A stretch of 64,000 nucleotides of DNA from Pseudomonadota bacterium (GCA_043825735.1 JBDRRP010000093.1:1-64000); one strand, 5' to 3'; positions 1 to 9,694 are shown, numbered from the stretch's first letter. Notes: generated by a model from the sequence alone, not told the origin. Numbers and translations: made by a program.

Positions 1-1
1 G

Positions 2-1432
2 GTTTACGAGATCGAGCCCGGCAAATACGGCGTATACGACGGGGTACGCAGACTGAAATCTTTTCAGGAATTCGGCTGGAAGCGAATCCCTTGCCTGATC
101 AAAAAAGGAATCAGCGAGGCCGAGGCCGCCCATCTCTCCTATGTGAAAAATGTCGAGCGAAAGACTCTTAGTGCGATTGAAATCGCCCGGCACATCCTAT
201 CGATGCGGGACACCTTCGGTTACACCCTCGAAGAGCTTGAGTTGAAAGGCTATGGGTCGCCAGCGTCCATTTCCAACAAGCTCAAACTTCTTGATCTTCC
301 CGAAAAGGTTCAGGGGCTGATTCAAGAGAGTAAGCTTTCCGCCGCTCACGGTCGCGAGTTGGTCAAACTCCCCACCAAAGAAGAACAACAACGGATGGCC
401 ATCAAGATCGTTGATCACGATCTGAACGTCCGGGTGTCTGGTGCCCGGATCGACCGCTATCTCTCGAAGAAGCGGAAAGAAAAAAAGGATCGTCCCAAGG
501 AGATTATCCCTGTAGGCGACATCCCGGGCGTTTACATGAAGGATGCTCGCGACATGGCTGAACTCCCTGACAAGTGCGTTCACCTCATCGTCACCAGCCC
601 GCCGTATCATGTCGGGATGGAATTTGAGGTTGGCGAGACATTCAAGGAGCATCTGGCCAATGTCGGCGCCGTGATGAACGAATGTGGTAGAGTGCTGGTC
701 CCCGGCGGCATCATGGCCATCAATGTCGGCGACATCACCAACTTCAAAGGAGCGAAGGGTCAAAGCGAACGGTCACAAACCGAACTAATGGCCCATCGGT
801 ATCAGAGCTTTCTCCGCAAGCACAGCATCCTGCTCACTGATACCATCATCTGGACCAAGCAGCCTGCATGGTCGACAAAGCACAACTATCTGCGGGATGA
901 GACACCCCATTGCTCTTACAAAATCCTGAGCAACTGGGAGCCGATTTACATTTTCCGCAAAAAAGGTGAAAGGCAGGTCCCACCCGACGACATCGTTCTG
1001 CAGTCCAAGCTCACACGCGAGCAGTGGATGACCTACGTCAACGCCATCTGGGACATCAAGCCCGATCACAACATTCACCAAGACCACCCCTGTCCATACC
1101 CGGAAGAACTGGTCAGGCGTCTTGTCCAGATGTTCTCCTACGTTGGCGATACAGTTCTTGACCCGATGTGCGGAAGTGGAACGACGGTCTATGCGGCTCG
1201 AGAAATGGGCCGAGAGGCAATCGGATACGAACGGGAACTCCAGTACAAGGCCGCCATCATGCGAAAGCTGGGTTTGCCCATCGTGGACACGCTCGAAAAC
1301 GTCCAGCAGACCTTGAGCGCCGGCAGTTGGGCTCCGGATCTGTCCGGCGAGGACAGCTCTACGGAAGTGGCTGAGGATCAGGAGACCGAGGAGGCCTTGC
1401 CTTTGGCCGCCGAAGTCGGGGCTGAAGCCTAA
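2..1432 (+). CDS. ParB/Srx-like domain + HTH fused to a beta-class DNA amino-methyltransferase (N4-C/N6-A); 5' end lies outside the window
   Basis: The frame is open from base 2 (VYEIEPGKYGVYDGVRRLKSF...YVKNVERKTLSAIEIA), with a ParB G-x-R-R patch and an ENxxR-like motif. It continues into MTase motif IV (VTSPPY), HPCPYPEEL and motif I (VLDPMCGSGTT). Confidence 0.85.
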   Translation, partial: VYEIEPGKYGVYDGVRRLKSFQEFGWKRIPCLIKKGISEAEAAHLSYVKNVERKTLSAIEIARHILSMRDTFGYTLEELELKGYGSPASISNKLKLLDLPEKVQGLIQESKLSAAHGRELVKLPTKEEQQRMAIKIVDHDLNVRVSGARIDRYLSKKRKEKKDRPKEIIPVGDIPGVYMKDARDMAELPDKCVHLIVTSPPYHVGMEFEVGETFKEHLANVGAVMNECGRVLVPGGIMAINVGDITNFKGAKGQSERSQTELMAHRYQSFLRKHSILLTDTIIWTKQPAWSTKHNYLRDETPHCSYKILSNWEPIYIFRKKGERQVPPDDIVLQSKLTREQWMTYVNAIWDIKPDHNIHQDHPCPYPEELVRRLVQMFSYVGDTVLDPMCGSGTTVYAAREMGREAIGYERELQYKAAIMRKLGLPIVDTLENVQQTLSAGSWAPDLSGEDSSTEVAEDQETEEALPLAAEVGAEA

Positions 1433-1494
1433 ACCATTAACCAGAACCGGGGCGGGGGCATTCACCTCCGCCCCGGCCTGAAAGGAGATCGAAA

Positions 1495-1830
1495 ATGAAT
1501 CCAATCACCACAAGGCTTGCAGGTGTCACACACGGCGATGCCCAGGCCAATATTAAAAAATACGGCGGGCCCGGCATCGGCCATTACGACCTGGTTCGTG
1601 AGCCGGACAACCCACACGATCCCAATGCCATCCGCGTCGCCTTCCTGGGCGAGATTTTCATGGGATACATCTCCGCACCAATCGCCGCCACGTTGGCACC
1701 ACTTATGGACCAGGGGCGCGAATTCGTCGCTGAATTCGTCCAGATCAATCGAGCGCCCGGCCAGAGCACCATTGGCATGACCGTGCGGATTGAAGAGTTC
1801 AAACCGCAGAATGCCCTGCAGGCGGGCTAA
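1495..1830 (+). CDS. Stand-alone HIRAN domain protein
   Basis: LAGVTH, LVREPDNPHDPNAIRV and MGYI motifs; AAGGAG RBS. Confidence 0.85.
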   Translation: MNPITTRLAGVTHGDAQANIKKYGGPGIGHYDLVREPDNPHDPNAIRVAFLGEIFMGYISAPIAATLAPLMDQGREFVAEFVQINRAPGQSTIGMTVRIEEFKPQNALQAG

Positions 1831-1882
1831 GGGAGCATTGGATATGACATCCAATGAGCCGGAATATTAGGAGGAAAATAAA

Positions 1883-2089
1883 ATGGTTAGCAGCGGCTGT
1901 GCCCAGAATGTGCCCACAAAGCGGCTCTACACAATCAAGGAACTGGTCGCCGAAATCGGTGCTACCGAGTGGTACTGGCGGACGCAGATTTGGGACGGCC
2001 AGCTCCCTTTCGTCCAGGTCGGCCGGAAAATGTTTGTCGACCGGGAGGACGTCGAACGATTCATCTCCAAAAACAAGCACTCAAATTAA
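1883..2089 (+). CDS. Excisionase-like helix-turn-helix DNA-binding protein
   Basis: 68 aa; RLYTIKELVAEIG...LPFVQVGRKMFVDREDVERFI pattern; AGGAGG RBS; lies upstream of the integrase. Confidence 0.8.
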   Translation: MVSSGCAQNVPTKRLYTIKELVAEIGATEWYWRTQIWDGQLPFVQVGRKMFVDREDVERFISKNKHSN

Positions 2090-2101
2090 AGGGAAAATAC
2101 C

Positions 2102-2278
2102 ATGTCCACGCTCAGCATCGAAGGAAAAACCACCGCAATCAACGATCTGGTCTTGAGGCTGAACCTTGGGAGCATAGAAAGCGCCACACGTCGCCCAGAC
2201 GGTGTTGGTGTCCTAAAGGCACGCGAGGAATTGATTGGGTTCCTTATTTTCCGGGGGAATTGGATAAGTGATGGCTGA
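2102..2278 (+). CDS. Small hypothetical protein (58 aa, below the ORF-track cutoff)
   Basis: Hand-translated ATG..TGA (MSTLSIEGKTTAINDLVLRL...) with AAGGGA upstream and a terminator-like hairpin downstream. Confidence 0.35.
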   Translation: MSTLSIEGKTTAINDLVLRLNLGSIESATRRPDGVGVLKAREELIGFLIFRGNWISDG

Positions 2279-2302
2279 AGCAAAACAGTATGACCCGAAC
2301 TC

Positions 2303-2337
2303 GATGCCCCCGGATATCCTCCGGGGGCATTTTTATT
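2303..2337 (+). terminator. Intrinsic terminator-like hairpin upstream of the integrase
   Basis: atgcccccgg-atatcct-ccgggggcat followed by a T-run. Confidence 0.55.
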
Positions 2338-2472
2338 ACCGGACTCTGGTCGAAGCTGGATTCGACCTTGAAGCATTACAACCGGCATGAGATAAGTGGT
2401 AAGGCGGGTGGCTGCATCCCACCACTCCGCCCCACCCATCTGGTGCCCGTCAAGGCTGGATGGAGGTGTATC

Positions 2473-3567
2473 ATGGGAAGTATTTACAAACGTGGAGAAG
2501 TTTACTGGATCAAGTATTACCGCAACGGCAAGTCCTACCGAGAGAGCTCAGGCAGCACCAAGAAAATGGTGGCCAAGAAGCTGCTGGACAGAAAGGAAGG
2601 TGAAATCGCACAGGGCAAGGTGCCGAGCATCGTGTTCGATAAGGTGATTTTTGATGATTTGGCCGAGGACTTCCTGCGGGATTACCGGATCAACCAGAAA
2701 AAATCACTCGAAAGGGCGGAAAGAAGCGTTACGCTGCTTAAAGGAGAATTTGAGGGGGTCAAGGTGCCAGCGATCACAACACCAAGAATTCAGCAATACA
2801 TTGAGGACCGGCTTGCGGAAAAGGCTGCCAAGGCATCCATCAATCGCGAGCTGTCAGCCCTGAAGCGTATTTTGAACCTCGGAGCAAGACAGACGCCGCC
2901 CCGCGTCGACCGGGTGCCCTACATCCCCATGCTGAAGGAAAACAACGTCCGGACCGGGTTCTTTGAGCATCAGGAGTTTCTGAAGTTCCGAAAAGAATTG
3001 CCGGCATATCTGGAAGGGTTCGTTACCTTCGCCTACAAATTCGGCTGGCGGTTCGAGGAAATCGCATCACTGACCTGGGCGCAAATCGACAGAGAGCGGT
3101 GGACTGTCCGGTTAGAAGTCGGAACCACGAAAAACGATGCCGGCCGAGAGGTGCCTCTCGATGAAGAGCTGAAGGCGGTTTTTCAGCGTCAGTGGGAACA
3201 GCGAAAGCTCCTGAAAAAGCTTGTGCCTTTCGTCTTTCCGAACCGCTGGGGTAATGGAAAGATTCGGGACATCAGGGGCGCCTGGAAAAAGGCATTCACT
3301 GAAAGCGAAATCTCCTTCCGCCTGTTTCATGACCTGCGGCGTACCGCAATCCGAAATATGGTCCGTTCCGGGATTCCTGAGAAAGTGGCCATGCGGATTT
3401 CCGGTCACAAGACCCGGTCGGTCTTCGAACGCTACAACATCGTCGACGACAAGGATCTGGAAATCGCGGCCAAACGGCAGGAAAAATACCTGAATTCGCT
3501 CACGGGCACAATTTCGGGCACAGTGCACCCATTTGACCAAAAAAGAAGGGGCCGCCAAAGTGGCTAA
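2473..3567 (+). CDS. int: Tyrosine recombinase / phage integrase
   Basis: MGSIYKRG arm-binding N-terminus; catalytic motifs GWRFEE, TTKN, FHDLRRT and SGHKT...RY; GGAGG RBS before ATG 2473. Confidence 0.95.
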   Translation: MGSIYKRGEVYWIKYYRNGKSYRESSGSTKKMVAKKLLDRKEGEIAQGKVPSIVFDKVIFDDLAEDFLRDYRINQKKSLERAERSVTLLKGEFEGVKVPAITTPRIQQYIEDRLAEKAAKASINRELSALKRILNLGARQTPPRVDRVPYIPMLKENNVRTGFFEHQEFLKFRKELPAYLEGFVTFAYKFGWRFEEIASLTWAQIDRERWTVRLEVGTTKNDAGREVPLDEELKAVFQRQWEQRKLLKKLVPFVFPNRWGNGKIRDIRGAWKKAFTESEISFRLFHDLRRTAIRNMVRSGIPEKVAMRISGHKTRSVFERYNIVDDKDLEIAAKRQEKYLNSLTGTISGTVHPFDQKRRGRQSG

Positions 3568-3582
3568 CCCCTTGATTTCATT

Positions 3583-3669
3583 TGGTGCCGGGGGCGGGAA
3601 TCGAACCCGCATGATCATAAGATCGCTGGATTTTGAGTCCAGTGCGTCTACCTATTTCACCACCCCGGC
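3583..3669 (-). tRNA. tRNA-Leu (anticodon CAA)
   Basis: Reverse complement GCCGGGGTGGTGAAATAGGTAGACGCA CTGGA CT CAA AA TCCAG ... GGTTCGATTCCCGCCCCCGGCACCA; long variable arm. Confidence 0.96.
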
Positions 3670-3836
3670 AATGAGGGCTTCTTATAGGAAGGTTGGCGGC
3701 AATTGTCAATAAATGAAAACAACTACATAAATTCAAAGACTTCTGGATACCGGCCGTCCGCCGTCGCTGTGCTTCCGCCGCCGCTGCGCTATGGCGGATA
3801 AAATGGCGGACAGGTCGCCGGCATGACGGCGATGGG

Positions 3837-4511
3837 CTATGCCAATCCGCCAGGGCCCAGAATGCGCGAGAGTTCCGCCCGGCTGACGGCCCCCTCCCGC
3901 AGGATCCGGTAAGGGGTAACGGTGAGATCGAGAACGGTGGACCCCACGCCGCCTTCCAACGGTCCGGCATCGAGCACCATGTCGACTCCGGAATAGAGCA
4001 CTGGGTTGAGCTGCCGCAGATCATTGCAGCCCGCCTGGTCGGAGATGTTGGCACTGGTGGCGGTGATGGGGCGCCCGAACCGCTGAACCAGTGCACGCGC
4101 CACCGGATGTCCCGGCATCCGGACGCCGATGTTGCCGGTGCCGGCGGTGAGGATATCGGGCACCCGTGGGTGGGCCCACAAAACAACGGTCAGCCGTCCC
4201 GGCCAGACGGTTTTCAGCAATTGACGGGTGTGCGGCGGGACGTCCTGAGCCACCCGTGAGAGCATGCCGTAGCCGTCCACAAGTATGGGGATCGGTTTGT
4301 CGGCGAGCCTGTGTTTTACCCGGTAGAGGTGCTCGACCGCACGGATATTGGCGGCATCCGCGGCGATGCCGTAAAGGCAGCGTGTTGGAAACACCACCAT
4401 TCCGCCGCCTTTGAGCACCCGGAGTGCTTCATTGATGATGCCACTGTCCGGGGCTGCGGCATCCACCACCCGCGTCTTAGAACTTCGCTTTGAGCTTTGC
4501 GGCTTTTTCAT
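3837..4511 (-). CDS. tsaC: L-threonylcarbamoyladenylate synthase (TsaC/Sua5/YrdC); start uncertain
   Basis: VVFPT..LYG, KHR..DKP, WPGRLT, ATSANIS, STVLD and ILREG motifs. Confidence 0.9.
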   Translation of the reverse strand: MKKPQSSKRSSKTRVVDAAAPDSGIINEALRVLKGGGMVVFPTRCLYGIAADAANIRAVEHLYRVKHRLADKPIPILVDGYGMLSRVAQDVPPHTRQLLKTVWPGRLTVVLWAHPRVPDILTAGTGNIGVRMPGHPVARALVQRFGRPITATSANISDQAGCNDLRQLNPVLYSGVDMVLDAGPLEGGVGSTVLDLTVTPYRILREGAVSRAELSRILGPGGLA

Positions 4512-4989
4512 CGACTTGCTCGGCCATTTCTTTTTTATAGGTTGCCAATCGCCCGGCCAGAGTCGGATCGGCCAGGGCCAGCATCTGGGCGGCAAGGATG
4601 GCGGCATTCTTGGCGCCGGATTTGCCGATGGACACGGTTGCCACGGGAATGCCGGGCGGCATCTGGACCGTGGACAGCAGCGCGTCCATCCCCTGAAGGC
4701 AGGAGCTGTCGATGGGCACGCCGATAACCGGCAGGATCGTGTGGGCCGCCAGCACGCCGGCCAGATGTGCCGCGTGACCGGCGCCGGCAATGATGACCTT
4801 CATGCCGCGGGCGGCAGCACCCGAGGCGTAGTCCACGGCGCGCGCCGGGCTCCGATGGGCCGATGCCACAGTGATATCAAAAGGGATGTCAAAATGTTTG
4901 AGCATGGCCACGGCAGCTTCCATGACCCCGAGATCGGAGTCGCTGCCCATGACGATGCCGACAAGTGCGGGGCGGGTGGTATCGGTCAT
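4477..4989 (-). CDS. purE: N5-carboxyaminoimidazole ribonucleotide mutase
   Basis: MGSDSD, SAHRSP, IAGAGHAAHLAG and QMPPGIPVAT motifs. Confidence 0.97.
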   Translation of the reverse strand: MTDTTRPALVGIVMGSDSDLGVMEAAVAMLKHFDIPFDITVASAHRSPARAVDYASGAAARGMKVIIAGAGHAAHLAGVLAAHTILPVIGVPIDSSCLQGMDALLSTVQMPPGIPVATVSIGKSGAKNAAILAAQMLALADPTLAGRLATYKKEMAEQVDEKAAKLKAKF

Positions 4990-5056
4990 TAGATTCTCCA
5001 CATTCAAGATACAGGATTCAACAAAAGCATAACGTGTGTTCGGCAGCCCATCTCAT

Positions 5057-5136
5057 GTCCGTGCCCGTCCGTGCCCGTCCGTGTCAGTCCGTGTCCGTCC
5101 GTGCCCGTCCGTGTCAGTCCGTGCAAGTCCGTGTCT
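5057..5136. repeat. Tandem repeat, 8 x 10 bp (GTCCGTGYCN)
   Basis: Read directly between ddl and purE; there are no spacers. Confidence 0.95.
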
Positions 5137-5144
5137 CTCCCCCA

Positions 5145-6101
5145 TCACCTCGGCTGCCGGTGCGCGCTGCGCTCATCCTCGAGCCCCAGATCGATCAACC
5201 GGTCCAGCATCTGACTGAAAGACAGGCCGGCCTTTGCAGCGGCCTGGGGAAAGAGGCTGGTCCGGGTCATTCCGGGGATGGTGTTGGTTTCCAGGACAAA
5301 CAAGTCTTCTCCCCGAAGGATCATGTCGGTGCGGCTGTAGCCCCTCAGAAAAAGCGCCTCGTGGGCCTTGATGGCCAGCGCCTGGGCCCGAACGGTCACT
5401 TCTTCTGACACCCGTGCCGGGCAGATCTCGGTGGTGGCCCCGGGCAGATACTTGGCATTGTAATCAAAAAATGCGTAGCCCTCACCCGGAACGATTTCAA
5501 TGAGCGGCAAGGCCTCCAGGCCGGTGTTGCCGATGACGCCGGCGGTCAGTTCGGTCCCATCGATGCAGACCTCCACAAGCAGGGTGTTGTCATGGCGAAA
5601 GCCGGCTTTCAAAGCCTCGGCCAGCGCGCCGGCATCGCGAACAATGGACAGACCGATGCTGGAGCCGCATTGCGCCGGTTTGACCACAACGGGAAAGCCG
5701 ATGGTTTCGGCGACCATGCCGGCGGTCACCGGCCGGCGGGCATCGGTGACGATATACGCGGGTGTCGGAATACCGGCCTTCTCGTAAAGCCTTTTGGAAG
5801 TGAGCTTGTTCATGGCCACCGCACTGCCCAGCACCCCGGCCCCCTGGTAGGGGATCCCCAAGAGATCCAGCATCCCCTGCACCGTCCCGTCTTCTCCGAA
5901 GGGGCCGTGTAAAATGATCAGGGCAAAATCGATGTCACCGGCCTCGGCCACCAGGCGGGACAGATCGGTTTTGGGGTCATAGCGCCGGATGGTGTATTTT
6001 TCCTTGTCGAGCGTCTCATACACCTGGTTTCCGCTGTTTATGGAAACCTCGCGCTCCGAGGATATGCCTCCTGAAAGCAATGCGATGACACGCTTTTTCA
6101 T
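5145..6101 (-). CDS. ddl: D-alanine--D-alanine ligase
   Basis: GGISSEREVS, LHGPFGEDG, GSSIG, FFDYNAKY and ETNTIPGMT motifs. Confidence 0.97.
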   Translation of the reverse strand: MKKRVIALLSGGISSEREVSINSGNQVYETLDKEKYTIRRYDPKTDLSRLVAEAGDIDFALIILHGPFGEDGTVQGMLDLLGIPYQGAGVLGSAVAMNKLTSKRLYEKAGIPTPAYIVTDARRPVTAGMVAETIGFPVVVKPAQCGSSIGLSIVRDAGALAEALKAGFRHDNTLLVEVCIDGTELTAGVIGNTGLEALPLIEIVPGEGYAFFDYNAKYLPGATTEICPARVSEEVTVRAQALAIKAHEALFLRGYSRTDMILRGEDLFVLETNTIPGMTRTSLFPQAAAKAGLSFSQMLDRLIDLGLEDERSAHRQPR

Positions 6102-6137
6102 GGCGACCGCCTTTGGTTATGGATAATGGGCATCCTG

Positions 6138-6623
6138 CTATGGCCGCAAGAGCTGCTGCTTTGCCGACTCGAATTCTTCGGGGGTGATGAGTTCTTTTTC
6201 AAAGAGCCGTGCCAGTTCCGTCAATTCCCTGATCCGCTGGGTGGTGCCGTCCTCGAGTTGATAGGTCGGCCTCACCGTCCGTGTGTCCAGCAGTGGCGGC
6301 GCCCCGGTGTCTCCGATTTTCATGGATGCGAAACCGCCCAGAAGGCTGATCTCCACCGAGCGCCCCCTGAAATCGGAACTACTCAACATCTCCCCCAGGG
6401 ATTTGCCTTCGCGTTTCATGCGCCGGTAAAACAGCCAGGCCGCGATGACAATCACGGCGGAACCGCCGATGAATATCCATAGCATGTAATTGACGACGCC
6501 CCGGAAAAACAGCACCAGGATGCCCAGCAGGGCGATAAACACCAGATGCAGAACCAGCACCAGATAGGCCAGAAGCACGCCGCGGACGGTGCCGTCGTCA
6601 GTTTTGTCTTTTTTATCGATCAT
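6138..6623 (-). CDS. Membrane protein with C-terminal SHOCT domain
   Basis: Two hydrophobic segments; C-terminal ELARLFEKELITPEEFESAKQQLL. Confidence 0.8.
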   Translation of the reverse strand: MIDKKDKTDDGTVRGVLLAYLVLVLHLVFIALLGILVLFFRGVVNYMLWIFIGGSAVIVIAAWLFYRRMKREGKSLGEMLSSSDFRGRSVEISLLGGFASMKIGDTGAPPLLDTRTVRPTYQLEDGTTQRIRELTELARLFEKELITPEEFESAKQQLLRP

Positions 6624-6644
6624 GGATGTTGCCAGGGACGCCGG

Positions 6645-7052
6645 TCACCGGCGCCGGGCGTCGGGTGTTGTCGGGGCCCCGCTTTTGTCCAGACGGTCAA
6701 TGATTTTGTCGGTATAGACCTGGGGTGTTTCCAGATCGATGGGCACTTGGCGCATAGCATTCAATTTGAGAACCAGGTAGTTGAGCTTTCGCATGGCGCG
6801 GTATTTTTCTCCAGAGTCCGGCATGCCCGCCACCAGTTCCTGGGCCGACTGAATCTGCTTTTTCAAGGCGATTTCCTCGGGGATGAAATCGGCGTTTTTC
6901 ATCACCTTATAGGCCATTCGCAGGTCCTCGGGAATGTGGCTGTCGTCGTCGAAGTGGATGGGCTTGCCGGTCCCCGGCAAGTCCTCGAAATCCCCCCGCT
7001 CCTGGGCCATCCGGATGCGTTCTTCGATAATTTTATTGAATCCCGGAATCAT
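6645..7052 (-). CDS. DUF1992 family protein
   Basis: EERIRMAQERGDFEDLPGTGKP...RMAYKVMKNADFIPEE. Confidence 0.85.
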   Translation of the reverse strand: MIPGFNKIIEERIRMAQERGDFEDLPGTGKPIHFDDDSHIPEDLRMAYKVMKNADFIPEEIALKKQIQSAQELVAGMPDSGEKYRAMRKLNYLVLKLNAMRQVPIDLETPQVYTDKIIDRLDKSGAPTTPDARRR

Positions 7053-7402
7053 GGGCCAAAATATCCATCACCTGCACGAGATCAATGATATGTGCTTACA
7101 CTTATAGGAAATATTGGATGCGCTGTCAAAGTCAAACCAATTGACCCGGGTGGGATGTCTTTGATAGGGTCGGCCCGACTTGGGTATGAATTCGATGATC
7201 GACAATACCCGCGTCGCGTCACAACCGCGATCCAACGCCATGACGGTGTTGTCTACCGCTAAGTTCACGAAGCACACAAGGTGTTAATTTCAAGGCCCTT
7301 TTTGTTTTCGCCGTGGCCTTCGTGCGCTTCGTGGTTTCCCTTGCAATGGTATGGGTATGCACAGCGCGTCGGTGCATCCTGCTACGGAAAGGATACTTCC
7401 CC

Positions 7403-8905
7403 ATGAAAACCATCGCCTTTGCCGGTACCGACGGCAGGACCCTGCTCTCGGCCTATATCATCTCCACCGCCACCAGTGAAACCGATGCCGACGCCTACCG
7501 GGGGGCTGTGGTCCGCGGCACACCGGCCATGCCCGAATTCTGCCGGCAGCTCGACTGGCCCGTCACGTTTATCCCGACTGCGAGCAATGCCGTGGCCGAC
7601 TACGCCGCGGCCATTATAGACGCCATGGCCAGCGGCGCCATCGACTACTTGGTACCCATGCCAGAGGCCCTTCTCTTTGAAGGGATCGTGAACACCGTTG
7701 CCGAAGCCGGGTACGGGGAGCGCATCCTTGGCCTTGACCGGGCAGGGGCCTTCATCGAAGGCGACAAGGTGCGCTGCAAGGCGCTTTGCCGTGATGCGGG
7801 CATCCCCATGGCCGATGCATGGATCTCCGTAGACGCCCGTGACTACACGGCCATCCTCGGCACCTGCCTCGAATACATCGACCGTTTCGGCGGCGCCGTG
7901 CTGAAATACCCTTACAGCGCCGGCGGCAAGGGCGCGCGCATCATCCGCAGCACCTGGGACATCCGTGAAGTTTACGAGACCCTGCTCGCGGATTACAAGG
8001 ACAGCTACCGAAAGATGTTCGGCAAAAAGGGGCCATGGCCCCTGCTGATCGAATCGCTCATGAGCGGCGTGGAGATCAGTTTCACCATCCTGGTGGATGC
8101 AAATGGCAACACCCGGATCCTGCCCACAGCCATGGACTACCCGGAGCGTTTTGAAGGGCCTGCCGGAAAGGGCAATCCCATCACCGGAGGGGTCGGCGCC
8201 ATATCGCCGCACCCCATGGAGACCGAAGCGCTGATGGCCATGGCCAGAGCCACCATCGCCGAACCCCTGGTACGGATCATGGCCGCGCGGGGCCTCCTGC
8301 GGCCGTGCATCCTCTACCCCGGGTGCTTTGTCTCCTTCGACGGCAACCACGCCCCCACCCGCATCCGGGTTTCGGAAATCAATATCCGGCCCGGAGAGCC
8401 CGAAGCCCAGCCGGTCGCCCGGCGTGTGCGCAATCTGGGAGCGCTCATCGTGGCCACCCTGGAAGGCCGGCTGGACACGGTCGCACCCGAAGTGCGCGAC
8501 GAGCAGATCGCTGCCTGCCTGGCCCTGGTGACCGGCCCCGGCGGCCCCGACGGCCAGAAGGGATACCCCTGGTCGTGCACCAAAGGCGAGCCTCTGGATA
8601 TCGACATCAAGTACATGAAGCGAAAAGGGATCCAGGTCATTCCATCCGCCATGGACTGGGACCCGGCCGCCGGCGTGTTCAAATCGGACGGCACGCGCGT
8701 GGCTTTTCTCAACGCCAACATGACCGTCAAAGACGGTGAGCGCCGCGGCGAGATTGCGGAAAAGCTCAGAAACCGCATCTACGCGGCCTTCAACAACGGC
8801 AAGATCCGGGTCATCCCCAGAGAGAACGCCGAGGGCAACCGTCTGGACGCCCGCCCGGACATCGCCGCCCAGTACAAGACGGTGGAAGATCTCTTTGGCC
8901 GGTGA
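7403..8905 (+). CDS. purD: Divergent phosphoribosylamine--glycine ligase (PurD)-like ATP-grasp enzyme
   Basis: PurD-like but altered motifs: MPEALL, FIEGDK, KYPYSAGGKG, GVEIS, MDYPER, PITGGVG, EINIRPGEPE. Confidence 0.6.
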   Translation: MKTIAFAGTDGRTLLSAYIISTATSETDADAYRGAVVRGTPAMPEFCRQLDWPVTFIPTASNAVADYAAAIIDAMASGAIDYLVPMPEALLFEGIVNTVAEAGYGERILGLDRAGAFIEGDKVRCKALCRDAGIPMADAWISVDARDYTAILGTCLEYIDRFGGAVLKYPYSAGGKGARIIRSTWDIREVYETLLADYKDSYRKMFGKKGPWPLLIESLMSGVEISFTILVDANGNTRILPTAMDYPERFEGPAGKGNPITGGVGAISPHPMETEALMAMARATIAEPLVRIMAARGLLRPCILYPGCFVSFDGNHAPTRIRVSEINIRPGEPEAQPVARRVRNLGALIVATLEGRLDTVAPEVRDEQIAACLALVTGPGGPDGQKGYPWSCTKGEPLDIDIKYMKRKGIQVIPSAMDWDPAAGVFKSDGTRVAFLNANMTVKDGERRGEIAEKLRNRIYAAFNNGKIRVIPRENAEGNRLDARPDIAAQYKTVEDLFGR

Positions 8906-9004
8906 TGGCCCGGATCGCGCCAGCCTGGTTATGCGCAATGATCAGGTTGGCTGTCCCCCCAGCGCTGAATGAGCGCCACGAAGAACACGAAGGCAGAACC
9001 CTGC

Positions 9005-9178
9005 ATCGCGCAAAGACGCAGAGGCGCAGAGGCGCAGAGAAAAACAAAACCAGGATTTCGTCGCACTATCGTGCGAAAAACCGGTTCAAGCTTACAGCGA
9101 CAAGAAGCTTTGGGTCATGTCCGACGAAGACGGAAAAATTCATGGTTTTCTCTGCGCCTCTGCGTCTCTGCGCGAGAT
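9005..9178. repeat. Palindromic element with (GCGCAGAG)n arms
   Basis: cgcgcaaagacgcagaggcgcagaggcgcagagaaaa ... ttttctctgcgcctctgcgtctctgcgcg; a related copy lies at ~29219-29308. Confidence 0.8.
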
Positions 9179-9460
9179 GTGTTTTTGTGGCATAGCCAAA
9201 TATCTCTGACCTGATCCTCAGGACCAGATCGGAATCGAATTCCAGGTGGCCGTAAGCCACGGTTTCTTCTTGGACCCGATCGCCGCTCTCAAACCGGCGA
9301 CGGAGCATCATGGCCACGCGGCATGGTGCTCGATTTCGATTTCAATTATTTCGAACAACCAGATTGTCCTGTTCACGGTGGCAGGCCATGCGCCCTCGCG
9401 GGTACGCAACGCTGACAAGTCGCCCTGTTGACATCTTCATCCGATTCTTCTACACCATTC

Positions 9461-9620
9461 TCAGTTTGGTGCCGAAAAGGCTTAATAGGGAATCTCGTTA
9501 AAATCGAGAGTGGTCCCGCCGCTGTGATCGGTGACGAAATCCGCATAAAGCCACTGCCCTTGCAAGGGGACGGGAAGGCGCGGAAAGTAGGATGATCCGT
9601 AAGCCAGAAGACCTGCCAAA
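9461..9620 (+). ncRNA. Cobalamin (B12) riboswitch
   Basis: Conserved blocks GGTGCC..AATAGGGAA, CCCGCCGCTGT, GCCACTG..GGGAAGGC and B12 box AAGCCAGAAGACCTGCC, upstream of cbiK. Confidence 0.95.
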
Positions 9621-9694
9621 TGCATCTGCCGAGTTACTGCGGGTTGATCAGTAAGCGGCATCGATAACCAAAAAGGGCCAAGAAAACTGGGTGC

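Larger units (their letters stand above)
1..3582. mobile_element. End of an integrative element or prophage inserted at the 3' end of tRNA-Leu
   Basis: The integrase ends 16 bp from the tRNA CCA end. Xis-like, HIRAN and ParB-MTase genes lie upstream. An IHF-consensus site (TAACCCCTTGATT, ~3565-3577) sits next to the tRNA. The other att site is outside the window. Confidence 0.8.

Noticed and set aside
4512..4790. Long N-terminal extension of TsaC
   Set aside because: It is an alternate-frame overlap with purE; TsaC similarity starts near the purE stop.
5057..5136. Possible CRISPR array
   Set aside because: The units are 10 bp and contiguous with no spacers, and there are no cas genes in the window.
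7382..8938. Long antisense ORFs (also 13563-14852, 19917-21338, 25277-26557, 33054-34631, 51923-53170)
   Set aside because: They lie opposite well-supported genes in GC-rich DNA and show no recognisable motifs.
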